Source: Gemmatimonadaceae bacterium
GTDB taxonomy: Bacteria; Gemmatimonadota; Gemmatimonadetes; Gemmatimonadales; Gemmatimonadaceae
DNA: 64,000 nt
Assembly (NCBI GenBank): GCA_035623475.1
Contig: DASPTK010000089.1
Span: forward strand, 19,279 to 83,278
Reading direction: 5' to 3'
Within the stretch, counting starts at the first letter, position 1. Each line of letters opens with the position of its first letter. The translations under genes were made by a program, and so were the position numbers. Shown here piece after piece: positions 55,365 through 64,000 of this stretch. The notes beneath the pieces were generated by a model that was given only the letters and a program-made list of their open reading frames with translations, was not told where the DNA came from and searched no databases.

Positions 55365-57152
55365 GTGTCACTAATTCGTTTGCGATTCTTGGTCGCACCG
55401 GCTGCGTTCCTCGCGGCCGCCGCCACGCCGAGCGCCATCGCTCAGACGACGCGGACGGTGAAGCTTCCCGATGAGACGCCGCGCCTGCTCGTGACGCCCT
55501 TCCGGGCCAACGAGAAGGGCGTCGGCCCGCAGACCGCCGAGGCGGTGCGGAGCAAGATCACGGCGGACGTGCCGATCAAGCAGCTCTACGTGATCCCGCG
55601 GTCGACGATGTGCAGCGTGCTCGAGTCCTCCGGGTTCAATTGCGACAGCGTTCCCGACCCGGTGACCTCGAAGCTCCTCGCCACGCAGCTCCGCGCCGAC
55701 CAGTACATCGACGGCACGGTGAGCAAGACCGCCACCGGCTACCAGCTCGACTCGCGCATGGTACTCACGCGCGATCCGAGCCTCGCTCAACCACTCCCGC
55801 CGGCCACCGGCGCCAAACTCGGCGACCTCGCCGGTCAGTTCGAGAAGTCCCTGATGGAGGCGCGCAAGCAGCTCCCCGACGAAGCCAAGTGCAACTCGTC
55901 GGTGCGCTCCGGTCAGCTCGATTCGGCGGTGGCCGCGGCCAACCGCGCGATCGCCGCCTATCCCCAGTCGACCATCGGTCGCATCTGCCTGGCGACGGCG
56001 CTCAAGGCGCAGAAGAAGTCGCCTGACGAGATCCTGGCGGTCACCAACAAGGTCCTGGAGATCGATCCGCGCAGCCGCCCGGCGCTCATCATGACCGGCG
56101 AGGCGTATCGCGAAAAGGGCGACACGGCGAGCATCGGCAAGGCCGTGGAAACGTGGAGCCGGCTGATCGCCGCCTACCCGAAGGATGCGGTCCTGGTGAA
56201 CGACATGGTCAACCGGATCGCCGAGAGCGGCCGGGCCGACCTGGCGAAGCCGATCATCGTGAAGGCGGTCGACGATAATCCCGGCGACCCCGACCTCGTG
56301 CGCCTGGAGTGGAAGGTGCTCCTGGCGACCGCCGCCAGCTCCAACGCCAAGGCGTCGGCCGCCGCCACGCCGGCCGCGGCGGATTCCTTGAAGGCGGCAG
56401 CGGTGAAGGACTACGACGCCGCCACCAAGGTCGGTGAGACGATGGTGAAGAGCGACACCAGCGCGGCGGATACGGCGTTCTTCTTTCGTCAGGCGGCTGC
56501 CTACGCCTCGGCCAATCAACCGCAGAAGGCGGCCGAGACGACCGCCCGCGGCGTGGCCAAGTTTCCCAACAACGCCAACCTCTGGTCGCTGAACTCCCAG
56601 ACCCAGCGCCTCGCCGGGCAACTGCAGCCGGCGGTCGATGCGGCGCACAAGGCGATCAAGCTCGATCCCAAAGCCGACCGGGCCTATCTCCGACTCGCCC
56701 AGGCGCAGATCGATCTCGGTCAGACCGACTCGGCCGTCGCCACGCTCCGCCAGGGGCTGGCCAACGGAGAGGACAAGGCCACGATCGGCCAGTTCCTCCT
56801 CGTCCTCGGCAACAAGGCGTACAAGGATGCGTCGGCGGCGAATCCGCCGAAGCGTGAAGATTTCCAGCGCGCGGTGTCGATTCTCTCGGTCGCCGACAGC
56901 GTCGCGCCCACTCCGCCGACGAAGTTCGTGCTCGGCGTCTCCGCCTTCCGCGTCGGCGATCTCGCCGTGCGCGAGAACGCGACCGCCAAGCAGTGCGATC
57001 TGGCCAAGCTCGCCGAGTCGTCCTTCACCACGGCGCAGATCGATATCGCCGCCGGGGGAGCGGTCGATCCCAAGACGGCGCAGCAGCTCCTCGCTGCCTT
57101 ACAACAGTACAGTCCCGCGGTGGACGGCCAGAAGAAGAAATTCTGCAAGTAG
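55365..57152 (+). CDS. secreted TPR-repeat protein (595 aa)
   Basis: GTG 55365 lies ~10 nt after AGGAGG. Signal peptide VSLIRLRFLVAPAAFLAAAATPSAIA-Q. Helical-repeat body (AIAAYPQSTIGRICLATALKAQKK.., AHKAIKLDPKADRAYLRLAQAQIDLGQTDSAVATLRQGL). Confidence 0.75.
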   Translation: MSLIRLRFLVAPAAFLAAAATPSAIAQTTRTVKLPDETPRLLVTPFRANEKGVGPQTAEAVRSKITADVPIKQLYVIPRSTMCSVLESSGFNCDSVPDPVTSKLLATQLRADQYIDGTVSKTATGYQLDSRMVLTRDPSLAQPLPPATGAKLGDLAGQFEKSLMEARKQLPDEAKCNSSVRSGQLDSAVAAANRAIAAYPQSTIGRICLATALKAQKKSPDEILAVTNKVLEIDPRSRPALIMTGEAYREKGDTASIGKAVETWSRLIAAYPKDAVLVNDMVNRIAESGRADLAKPIIVKAVDDNPGDPDLVRLEWKVLLATAASSNAKASAAATPAAADSLKAAAVKDYDAATKVGETMVKSDTSAADTAFFFRQAAAYASANQPQKAAETTARGVAKFPNNANLWSLNSQTQRLAGQLQPAVDAAHKAIKLDPKADRAYLRLAQAQIDLGQTDSAVATLRQGLANGEDKATIGQFLLVLGNKAYKDASAANPPKREDFQRAVSILSVADSVAPTPPTKFVLGVSAFRVGDLAVRENATAKQCDLAKLAESSFTTAQIDIAAGGAVDPKTAQQLLAALQQYSPAVDGQKKKFCK

Positions 57153-57179
57153 CGTGGATCGTGCTGTCGGATCATTCTT

Positions 57180-57210
57180 GAGGGGCTCACCCACAGTCGG
57201 TGAGCCCCTC
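57180..57210 (+). terminator. strong hairpin after the TPR gene
   Basis: 12-bp perfect stem gaggggctcacc / ggtgagcccctc with a 7-nt loop, 28 nt after the stop. The tail gtcgcttctc is T-poor, so this is an atypical intrinsic terminator. Confidence 0.55.
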
Positions 57211-57316
57211 GTCGCTTCTCCCGGTGGCGTGAGCGCGGCGGCAGGTCGTGGGAGCGAGCAAGCGTTCTCGGGGGTGCGCGGACGACGCTTGACGTACTAC
57301 ACTAAGTGTCGCTAGT

Positions 57317-58267
57317 ATGCTGGCCCCACGAACGGACTTGGAGGCGCTGGGCGGTTCGTATCACACGCCGGTTTTGGCCGGTGAGGTGGTGCGGTGGCTC
57401 GGCGGTTCGAGGGAGATCCTCGATGGGACGCTCGGGGGCGGCGGGCACGCGCTCCTCCTCCTCGAGCGGGGCGCGCGCGTCACTGCCCTCGATCGTGATC
57501 CCGAGGCGGTCGCCGCCGCTCGCGAACGGCTCGCTCTGTACGAGCGTGCCGGCCGCTTCCGGGCCATCTCCGCGAACTACGCCTCCGTCGATGAGCTTCC
57601 CGAGCTCGACGACGTCCGCTTCGACGGAATCCTCCTCGATCTCGGCGTTTCCTCTCACCAGCTGGATGACACCACGCGTGGGTTTTCCTTCAGGCCCAGC
57701 ACGCCCCTCGACATGCGCATGGGGCCCGACGCCCGGCTCACGGCGGCGGAGTGTCTGGCCGAGGCGAGCGAGGAGCAGCTCGCGCGTCTCTTCGCCACGC
57801 TCGCCGATGAGCCGCACGCGCGGCGCCTGGCGAGGGAAATCGTGCGACGTCGTGCCTCACGACCGCTGGAGACGAGCGATGACTTGGTCGGCGCCATTCG
57901 CGGCGCACTCGGCCCTCGGACCGGACCGGCCGATTTCGCCCGTCTCTTCCAGGCCGTTCGGATCGCGGTCAACGACGAGCTGGAGGGTCTTGCCCGGGCG
58001 CTCCCGCACCTTCGCGATCGGCTCACGCCCGGCGGGAGGATGGTCGTGATCGCCTATCATTCCGGGGAGGATCGGGTGGTGAAGCAGGCCTTCCGCGCTT
58101 GGAGCGCGGCCTGTGTCTGCCCGCCGAAGCAGCCCGTGTGTACCTGCCGTGGAGCGCCGCTCGGGGAGACGCTCACGCGACGCGCGGTCAAGGCGGACGC
58201 GCCAGAGGTGGCGTCCAATCCGCGCGCCCGAAGCGCGCGCCTCCGCGCGTGGCAACGCGCCGAGTAG
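57317..58267 (+). CDS. rsmH: 16S rRNA (cytosine1402-N4)-methyltransferase RsmH (MraW)
   Basis: YHTPVLAGEVV, LDGTLGGGGHA, GILLDLGVSSHQLD, ISYHSGEDR-like IAYHSGEDRVVK. First gene of the dcw cluster. In-frame TTG 57338 is an alternative start. Confidence 0.92.
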   Translation: MLAPRTDLEALGGSYHTPVLAGEVVRWLGGSREILDGTLGGGGHALLLLERGARVTALDRDPEAVAAARERLALYERAGRFRAISANYASVDELPELDDVRFDGILLDLGVSSHQLDDTTRGFSFRPSTPLDMRMGPDARLTAAECLAEASEEQLARLFATLADEPHARRLAREIVRRRASRPLETSDDLVGAIRGALGPRTGPADFARLFQAVRIAVNDELEGLARALPHLRDRLTPGGRMVVIAYHSGEDRVVKQAFRAWSAACVCPPKQPVCTCRGAPLGETLTRRAVKADAPEVASNPRARSARLRAWQRAE

Positions 58268-58551
58268 CGCGGCGTGGCCGCGCCTGGGTGGCGATCGTTC
58301 TCTCCGGTTTCGTTCTCATCGGTGCGAGCGTCATTTGGCGGAGGGCCACCGGGGTGGCACAGGCTCGGGAGCTGCGTGACCTCGAGCAGCGTCGGCTTCA
58401 GCTGGAATCACGGCGGGCGCAGTTGCGCGGCGAGATCCGGGACCTGGCGAGCCGGAGCACCCTCGCCCCGATCGCCGAACGCCGCCTGCATATGCACGTG
58501 CCGAACGACACTCAGCTCGTCATCCTCCCCCGGTCCGTCCGCGCCCCGTAG
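58249..58551 (+). CDS. ftsL: cell division protein FtsL-like (single TM + coiled coil)
   Basis: Basic N-terminus, TM WVAIVLSGFVLIGASVIW, then ARELRDLEQRRLQLESRRAQLRGEIRDL. It sits between rsmH and ftsI. The start is GTG 58249 or GTG 58288. Confidence 0.7.
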   Translation: MATRRVARRGRAWVAIVLSGFVLIGASVIWRRATGVAQARELRDLEQRRLQLESRRAQLRGEIRDLASRSTLAPIAERRLHMHVPNDTQLVILPRSVRAP

Positions 58552-58554
58552 CCC

Positions 58555-60516
58555 ATGCGCTGGCCCTCGCGCCTCGAGCTGATTCACGCCTCGCTGCTGC
58601 TCTGTGCAGCGGGGGTCGTGATCCGCGCCGCGCAGGTCCAGCTCTGGCAGCGAGGGCAGTGGTCCGCCCGCGCGCAGCGCCAGCAGTTCGCCAACGATGT
58701 CGTGCCGGCGCCGCGCGGCGACATCGTCGATGTCGATGGCGTGCCGCTGGCGCAGAATCGCGCGATGCTGAAGGTGAGTATTGCCCCTCGTGAGCTCCGA
58801 GACCGGGCCGCGGCGACGCGGGCGCTCGCCGCGGCCGGCGTGCCGTCCGACTGGGTGCGGCGGGTAGAGGATCCGGGGCGCGCCTGGGTCTCGCTCCCGG
58901 TCACCATCGCACCGGCATCGGCCAGCGCGCTCACCGCCATGCGCGGCGTCTACGCCGAGCCGGTGATCGAGCGCGTCTACACGCAGCGCGAAGCGATGCG
59001 CCATCTCGTGGGGGGCATCGACGCGAGCGGCGCCCCCGTAGGCGGCCTCGAGCAGTCGCTCGACTCGCTCCTGCGCGGCCGCGCCGGCCACGCGCTCGTC
59101 GCTCGTGACGGCCGGGGCGCGCGCGTCGAAGCGCCGGGCGCGCCGTCGATCGCCCCCGAGCCGGGCGACGCGGTCGTCCTCACCATCAGCCAGGAGCTGC
59201 AGGAGATCGCCGAGAACGCGCTCGCCGACGCGGTCGAGCGCCTCGGTGCCGAGGGGGGCGACATCGTCGTGCTCGATCCCGAGGATGGCGAGATTCGGGC
59301 CGTGGCGAGTCGGCGCGCCGGCGTGCGAGCGGCGGGCCTCCCGGCCATCAGTGAGCCGTACGAGCCGGGATCGACCCTCAAGCCGCTCATCGCCTCCCGC
59401 CTCCTCGCCCTCGGCCGGGCGCACCCGGACGACCAGGTGAACACCGAGAATGGGCGCTACGTACTCGAGGGTCGCACGATCGAGGACGTTCATCCGACGT
59501 CGTCGCTCACCCTCAGCGACGTGATTCGCGTCTCCAGCAACATCGGCATCGTGAAGTTTTCGATGCGACTCTCTTCACGCGAAGAGTTCGAGACGCTCCG
59601 CGACTTCGGCTTCGGCACGCCCACCGGCGTGTCCTACCCGGGCGAGGCTGGGGGCACGTTGAGCCCCCCCCGCGTCTGGTCGACGCAGTCGCCGGCGTCG
59701 CTCGTGATGGGCTACGAGCTTTCGGTGACCCCGCTGCAGCTCGCCGCGGCGTACGCGCCGCTCGCCAACGGGGGCGAGCTCTTGGAGCCGGCGCTGGTGA
59801 AGGAGATCCGGGCGCCTGACGGGACGGTGAGGTACCGCCACGCTCGGCGCGTCGTGCGGCGCGTGATGCCCGACAGCGTCGCCGCCGTCGTGCGGCAGAT
59901 GATGGTCGGCGTCGTCGAGGGGGGCACGGCGACCGATGCCGCCCTTCGCAACTTCGTGCTCGCTGGAAAGAGCGGCACGGCGCGCCGGACCTCGGTCAAG
60001 CACGGCTACGTGCAAGGGCGCTACAACGCGTCGTTCGTCGGTCTCTTCCCCGCCGACCACCCGCAGTACGTGATCCTCGTGAAACTCGACAATCCGCGCG
60101 GCGGCTATTTCGGCGGCAAGACGGCCGCGCCGATCAGCAAGATCGTGCTCCAGGCGGCGCTCGCCTCTCGTCAGGCGGCGCTCGACCGCCGCGCGCTCGC
60201 GGCCAGCGAGTCCCTGGTGCACATCGTCGATTCGGCCGCCGGCACCACCACCGACGCGTCCGACGAGGCGCCGGCAGATGTCGACGCGCCACCGGCCGTG
60301 CTCGACCTGGCGTCGAAGCAGGCGCCGCAGCGGGTCTCGGCCCCGCGCGCCATTCCCGACGTTCGCGGACTCCCCCTCCGCTTCGCCGCGCGGGTTCTGC
60401 ACCGGGCCGGCTTCCGCGTGAGCGCCCAGGGACTCGGCGCCGCGCGCGCGACCGCCCCCGCCATCGGGACCGTCGCTCCGGCGGGGTCACTCGTCACCGT
60501 GGCGACCGCGCCGTGA
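58555..60516 (+). CDS. ftsI: penicillin-binding protein (FtsI/PBP3-class transpeptidase) with C-terminal PASTA domain
   Basis: N-terminal TM. SxxK GSTLKP, SxN SSN, KxG KSGTA. The C-terminal IPDVRGLPLRFAARVLHRAGFRVSAQGLG...TAPAIGTVAPAGSLVTV resembles one PASTA repeat. Confidence 0.9.
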   Translation: MRWPSRLELIHASLLLCAAGVVIRAAQVQLWQRGQWSARAQRQQFANDVVPAPRGDIVDVDGVPLAQNRAMLKVSIAPRELRDRAAATRALAAAGVPSDWVRRVEDPGRAWVSLPVTIAPASASALTAMRGVYAEPVIERVYTQREAMRHLVGGIDASGAPVGGLEQSLDSLLRGRAGHALVARDGRGARVEAPGAPSIAPEPGDAVVLTISQELQEIAENALADAVERLGAEGGDIVVLDPEDGEIRAVASRRAGVRAAGLPAISEPYEPGSTLKPLIASRLLALGRAHPDDQVNTENGRYVLEGRTIEDVHPTSSLTLSDVIRVSSNIGIVKFSMRLSSREEFETLRDFGFGTPTGVSYPGEAGGTLSPPRVWSTQSPASLVMGYELSVTPLQLAAAYAPLANGGELLEPALVKEIRAPDGTVRYRHARRVVRRVMPDSVAAVVRQMMVGVVEGGTATDAALRNFVLAGKSGTARRTSVKHGYVQGRYNASFVGLFPADHPQYVILVKLDNPRGGYFGGKTAAPISKIVLQAALASRQAALDRRALAASESLVHIVDSAAGTTTDASDEAPADVDAPPAVLDLASKQAPQRVSAPRAIPDVRGLPLRFAARVLHRAGFRVSAQGLGAARATAPAIGTVAPAGSLVTVATAP

Positions 60517-61979
60517 GCGCCGACGTCGGCAAGATCGTCGACGCGCTTCGTCAATCGGGGCTACTCGTCGAGACGACGGGCGCCCTCCCCGAGCGCGTCC
60601 CCGAAGTCACCGACGACAGCAGGCGCGTGGTGGTGGGGGGTCTCTTCCTGGCGGTGCGGGGGTCGGCGAAGGATGGGCACGACTTCCTGGGGGATGCGGC
60701 ATCGCAGGGCGCGGCGGCGGCGATGGTCGAGGACGCGACCCGGACGGCCCTTCCGGCGATCGTCGTCAAGGACAGTCGGCGCGCAGCGGCGGTGGCCGCC
60801 GCTGCGGCCTTCGGCGAGCCGGCCCGCGCCCTCCGGCTCGTGGCGGTGACCGGCACCAACGGCAAGACGACGACCGTCGGCATCCTCCGGCATCTCCTCG
60901 ACGCTCCGGGCGCGCGCGGCGCATCCATCGGCACGCTCGGCGTCTTGTTAGGCAGTGCCGGCGCTCCGATGGACGGCGGCGCCGGGCTCACGACCCCGGG
61001 CCCGGTGGAGCTGCAACGCGTTCTGCGCGAGCTCGTCACGCAGGGAGTGCGGACGGTGGCGATGGAGGTGTCGTCCCACAGCCTCGACCAGCGGCGTGTG
61101 GAGGGGCTGCGCTTCGAGGCCGCGGTGTTCACGAACTTCACTCGCGATCACCTCGACTACCACGGCACGATGGAGGCCTACTTCGAGGCGAAAACGCGAC
61201 TCGTCGCGCAGCTCACCCCGAAGGGAGCGGCCGTCATCAACGCCGATGACGAGGCCTGGCAGCGGCTCCCGCCGGCGCCCTGCCTGATCACCTTCGGGCT
61301 CGATCCCGACGCCACCATCCGCGCCGAGTCGGTCTACTTCCAGCCGCGGGGGAGCGAGTGGCGCCTCGTCGCCGGCACCCAGCGCCACGCTCTGCGGCTC
61401 CCGCTCATCGGCGACTTCAACGTGAGCAACGCCCTCGGGGCCGCCGGCGCCGCCTGGCATCTCGGGATGACCTTCGCGTCGATCGCCGCCAAGCTGCGCA
61501 CCGTTCCTCAAGTGCCCGGTCGGCTGGAAGTGGTGCACGAATGTCCGACGGTCGTGCGCGACTACGCGCACACGCCCGATGCCCTGGACCGCTCGCTCGC
61601 GGCGGTGCGGCCGTTCACCCGCCGGAAGCTCATCGTGGTCTTCGGCGCCGGCGGAGACCGCGACCGCGGCAAGCGCCCGCTCATGGGTGCGATCGCCGAG
61701 CGGAGCGCCGACTACGTCATCCTCACCAGCGACAATCCACGCACCGAGGACCCCGAGGAGATCCTCGACGACATCGAGCGCGGCATGCGGCGCGACAATC
61801 ACGAGCGGATCGAGGATCGGCGCGCCGCCATCGCGCGGGCCCTCGCACTCGCCCATGCCAACGATGATGTCGTCCTCCTGGCCGGCAAGGGACACGAAAC
61901 CTACCAGGTACGAGGGACCACGCGACATCCCTTCGACGAGAAGGCGATTGTCGCCGAGTTGACGTCGGGGGCGGAGTGA
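60513..61979 (+). CDS. murE: UDP-N-acetylmuramoyl-L-alanyl-D-glutamate--2,6-diaminopimelate ligase
   Basis: GTGA overlap upstream. VTGTNGKTT and a DNPR motif (LTSDNPRTEDP) that indicates meso-DAP specificity. Confidence 0.92.
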   Translation: MSADVGKIVDALRQSGLLVETTGALPERVPEVTDDSRRVVVGGLFLAVRGSAKDGHDFLGDAASQGAAAAMVEDATRTALPAIVVKDSRRAAAVAAAAAFGEPARALRLVAVTGTNGKTTTVGILRHLLDAPGARGASIGTLGVLLGSAGAPMDGGAGLTTPGPVELQRVLRELVTQGVRTVAMEVSSHSLDQRRVEGLRFEAAVFTNFTRDHLDYHGTMEAYFEAKTRLVAQLTPKGAAVINADDEAWQRLPPAPCLITFGLDPDATIRAESVYFQPRGSEWRLVAGTQRHALRLPLIGDFNVSNALGAAGAAWHLGMTFASIAAKLRTVPQVPGRLEVVHECPTVVRDYAHTPDALDRSLAAVRPFTRRKLIVVFGAGGDRDRGKRPLMGAIAERSADYVILTSDNPRTEDPEEILDDIERGMRRDNHERIEDRRAAIARALALAHANDDVVLLAGKGHETYQVRGTTRHPFDEKAIVAELTSGAE

Positions 61980-63340
61980 GGCGCACGTTCTGGACGTTCG
62001 AGCGCGTCTCCGCGGCGCTCGACGACCAGCTCATCGCCAGCCGCCCCGGCGGTGACACCGCGATCCAGAAGGTCTCGACCGACACCCGCACGCTGGCCAA
62101 GGGAGACCTCTTCATCGCACTCTCCGGCGAGCGATTCGACGCCCACGAGTTTCTCGGCGAGGCGGTGGGGAAGGGCGCGTCGGCGGTCGTGATCGCTCGC
62201 GCCGACCGCGCGACGGGCCTCGGCGTGCCGGCCTTCGTGGTGCGTGACACCTCGCTGGCCCTCGGGGCGCTCGCCCACTACCGCCGAACCGCGTGGGCGC
62301 GTCCGGTAGTCGGGATCGGAGGGTCGAACGGGAAGACGACCACTAAGGAGCTGACCCGCTCGGCCCTCGCCTCGCGCCTCACCGTGCACGCCACCGAGGG
62401 AAACCTCAACAATCTGGTCGGGGTCCCCCTCACCCTGTTGGCCCTGCCTGACGAGGCGGATGCGGCGGTGGTGGAGATGGGAGTGAACGTTCCCGGCGAG
62501 ATGGCTCGGCTGAACGCCGTGGCCGCCCCCGACATCGCTGTGCTCACATCGGTGGCCGAGGAGCATCTCGAGGGCTTGGGGAGCCTCGAAGGGGTCCTGC
62601 GCGAGGAGTCCTTGCTGCTCGATGGTGCGAGCGTCGCCATCGTCCCGTCCTCGCAACCCGAGCTCGTCCCCGTCGCACAGGCACGCGTCGGGCGCGTGGT
62701 GACGGCCGGCTTGGACAAGGGAGATCTGTGCGCCGAGCGCTGGGGGATCGGCCCCGACGGGTTGGGCTGGGCCGAAGTGGAGGGCGTGGCGGTGCGCCCG
62801 CCCGTACGCGGCGCCCACAATCTCCGGAACGCCATGCTCGCCCTCGCCGTGGCACGCGAGATGGGCGTGTCGGTGGTCGACGCCGCGCGAGGGATGGCGG
62901 CCGCATCGCTGCCCGGAATGCGCCTCGCCTGGGAGAGCCTGGGGCGAGCCACGCTGATCAACGACGCCTACAACGCGAGTCCGGCCTCGATGCGCGCCGC
63001 GCTCGACGTGCTCACGGCCATCGACGGCGGCCGCCAGCGCGTGGCCGTGCTCGGCCCGATGCGCGAGCTCGGCGCCCACGCGTCTCGCCTGCACGAGGAG
63101 GTCGCGCGGCACGCCCTCGCCTCGAAGGTCGACGTGCTCGCTGCGATCGGAGAGATGGGCGTGGCCGTTCGGGCCCTCGCCCCCGGCGATCCGCGCGTCG
63201 TCACCGCCGCCGACCTCGAGGAGCTCTGGCCGGCGCTCGAGCCGCGATTGGCGCGTGACGGGGTGATCCTCATCAAGGCATCGCGCGGCGTGAAGCTGGA
63301 ACGGCTCGTCCCTCTGCTCTCCGCCTGGGCGGCACGCTAG
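61976..63340 (+). CDS. murF: UDP-N-acetylmuramoyl-tripeptide--D-alanyl-D-alanine ligase
   Basis: GTGA overlap upstream. GIGGSNGKTTTKEL, INDAYNASPASM, VAVLGPMRELG. Confidence 0.92.
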   Translation: MRRTFWTFERVSAALDDQLIASRPGGDTAIQKVSTDTRTLAKGDLFIALSGERFDAHEFLGEAVGKGASAVVIARADRATGLGVPAFVVRDTSLALGALAHYRRTAWARPVVGIGGSNGKTTTKELTRSALASRLTVHATEGNLNNLVGVPLTLLALPDEADAAVVEMGVNVPGEMARLNAVAAPDIAVLTSVAEEHLEGLGSLEGVLREESLLLDGASVAIVPSSQPELVPVAQARVGRVVTAGLDKGDLCAERWGIGPDGLGWAEVEGVAVRPPVRGAHNLRNAMLALAVAREMGVSVVDAARGMAAASLPGMRLAWESLGRATLINDAYNASPASMRAALDVLTAIDGGRQRVAVLGPMRELGAHASRLHEEVARHALASKVDVLAAIGEMGVAVRALAPGDPRVVTAADLEELWPALEPRLARDGVILIKASRGVKLERLVPLLSAWAAR

Positions 63341-64000
63341 TGCTCTACCACCTGCTCACGCCGCTCACCGGCGCCTGCCGTCTCTGCACGGTGTTCAACG
63401 TCTTCAACTACATCACCTTTCGCTCGGCCGGCGCCGCCGTCACGTCCCTCCTCCTCGCCTTTCTCGTCGGCCCCGGGATCATCCGCCGCCTTCGCGCCAT
63501 GCGCGTGCGCCAGGGCATCCGCGAAGGGACGCCGGAAACGCATCAGTCGAAGAAGACCACGCCCACGATGGGCGGGCTCATCATCCTCGCGGCCGGCCTC
63601 ACCGCGACCGTGCTCTGGATGCGCCTCTCGAACACCTACGTCTGGATCGCCATCGCCGTCACGGCGTGGATGGGCGCCCTCGGATTCATCGATGACTATC
63701 TCAAGCTCAAGCAGCGCCGCGAGGGGAAGAAGAATTTGGGGCTGGTGGAGCGATACAAGCTGGCCGGACAGGTGACGATCGGCGTCGCGCTCGGCCTCTA
63801 CCTCTGGCTCATGCCGGTCTCCAACCTCCCCGGCGCCTCGACCACGCTCCCCTTCTACAAGTACGTGCTCGTCGTTCCGCTCGTGGCTTGGCTCTACGTC
63901 CCCTGGGTGGCCTTCGTCCTCACGGGAGTCAGTAACGCCGTGAACCTCACCGATGGTCTCGATGGGTTGGCGACCGGTCTGAGCGCGATCGCCTTCGCCA
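63340..64000 (+). CDS. mraY: phospho-N-acetylmuramoyl-pentapeptide transferase (3' end outside the window)
   Basis: My own translation from GTG 63340 (shares 1 nt with the murF TAG): VLYHLLTPL...FNVFNYITFRSAGAAVTSLL..KKTTPTMGGLIIL..GFIDDYLKL..NAVNLTDGLDGLA. The frame is open to the window end. Confidence 0.9.
   Translation, partial: MLYHLLTPLTGACRLCTVFNVFNYITFRSAGAAVTSLLLAFLVGPGIIRRLRAMRVRQGIREGTPETHQSKKTTPTMGGLIILAAGLTATVLWMRLSNTYVWIAIAVTAWMGALGFIDDYLKLKQRREGKKNLGLVERYKLAGQVTIGVALGLYLWLMPVSNLPGASTTLPFYKYVLVVPLVAWLYVPWVAFVLTGVSNAVNLTDGLDGLATGLSAIAFA

Noticed and set aside
1-64000. CRISPR arrays, IS elements/transposases, prophage or defence-system genes
   Set aside because: No regularly spaced direct repeats were seen. 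No ORF has transposase, integrase, restriction, Cas, toxin-antitoxin or phage-structural hallmarks. The only repeats noticed are short in-gene codon repeats (TTVAQAPP) and TPR-level protein repeats.

Overview
This is a high-GC bacterial chromosomal window. Nearly every third codon position is G/C, GTG and TTG starts are common, and many genes join by 4-nt GTGA/ATGA start-stop overlaps. The gene content (an AgmX/PglI-type protein, DUF2723, MglA/MglB, no flagellar genes) suggests a Gemmatimonadota-like diderm, but that taxonomy is inference only. The window has four parts. (i) 1-21.4 kb is a mixed-strand central-carbon block around the glyoxylate/C2 node. It holds an MSOX-like FAD oxidase coupled to aceK, a divergent icd, an ornithine-cyclodeaminase-family gene, an FMN alpha-hydroxyacid oxidase with an LctP permease, an M1 aminopeptidase, gltA, rpsU-infA, a methyltransferase, a KdpD/KdpE-like two-component pair, and aceA coupled to a PRK/uridine-kinase-family P-loop kinase. 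(ii) 21.5-36.4 kb is a co-directional housekeeping array: tilS-hpt-ftsH-folP-cdaA-DUF2723-yggS-divIVA-punA-ileS-dksA-lspA-rluD. (iii) 36.4-54.9 kb is the stand-out: a ~18.5 kb, 19-gene, tightly overlapped + strand operon. A complete chemosensory core (3 cheW, cheY, cheA, cheC, cheR, cheD, cheB) with no receptor gene encloses a polarity-GTPase module (TPR-Roadblock, Roadblock, mglB, mglA). The operon also carries two PATAN/DUF4388-TPR paralogs, large TPR proteins, a membrane-anchored MA-type peptidase, and an unusual tandem DnaA-type AAA+ protein with no DNA-binding domain. (iv) 55-64 kb holds tRNA-Val(TAC), a secreted TPR protein and the start of the dcw cluster (rsmH-ftsL-ftsI-murE-murF-mraY partial, no mraZ). 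I saw no CRISPR array, transposase, integrase or rRNA. All family calls come from reading the translated ORFs by eye, with no database search. Start codons are best guesses.
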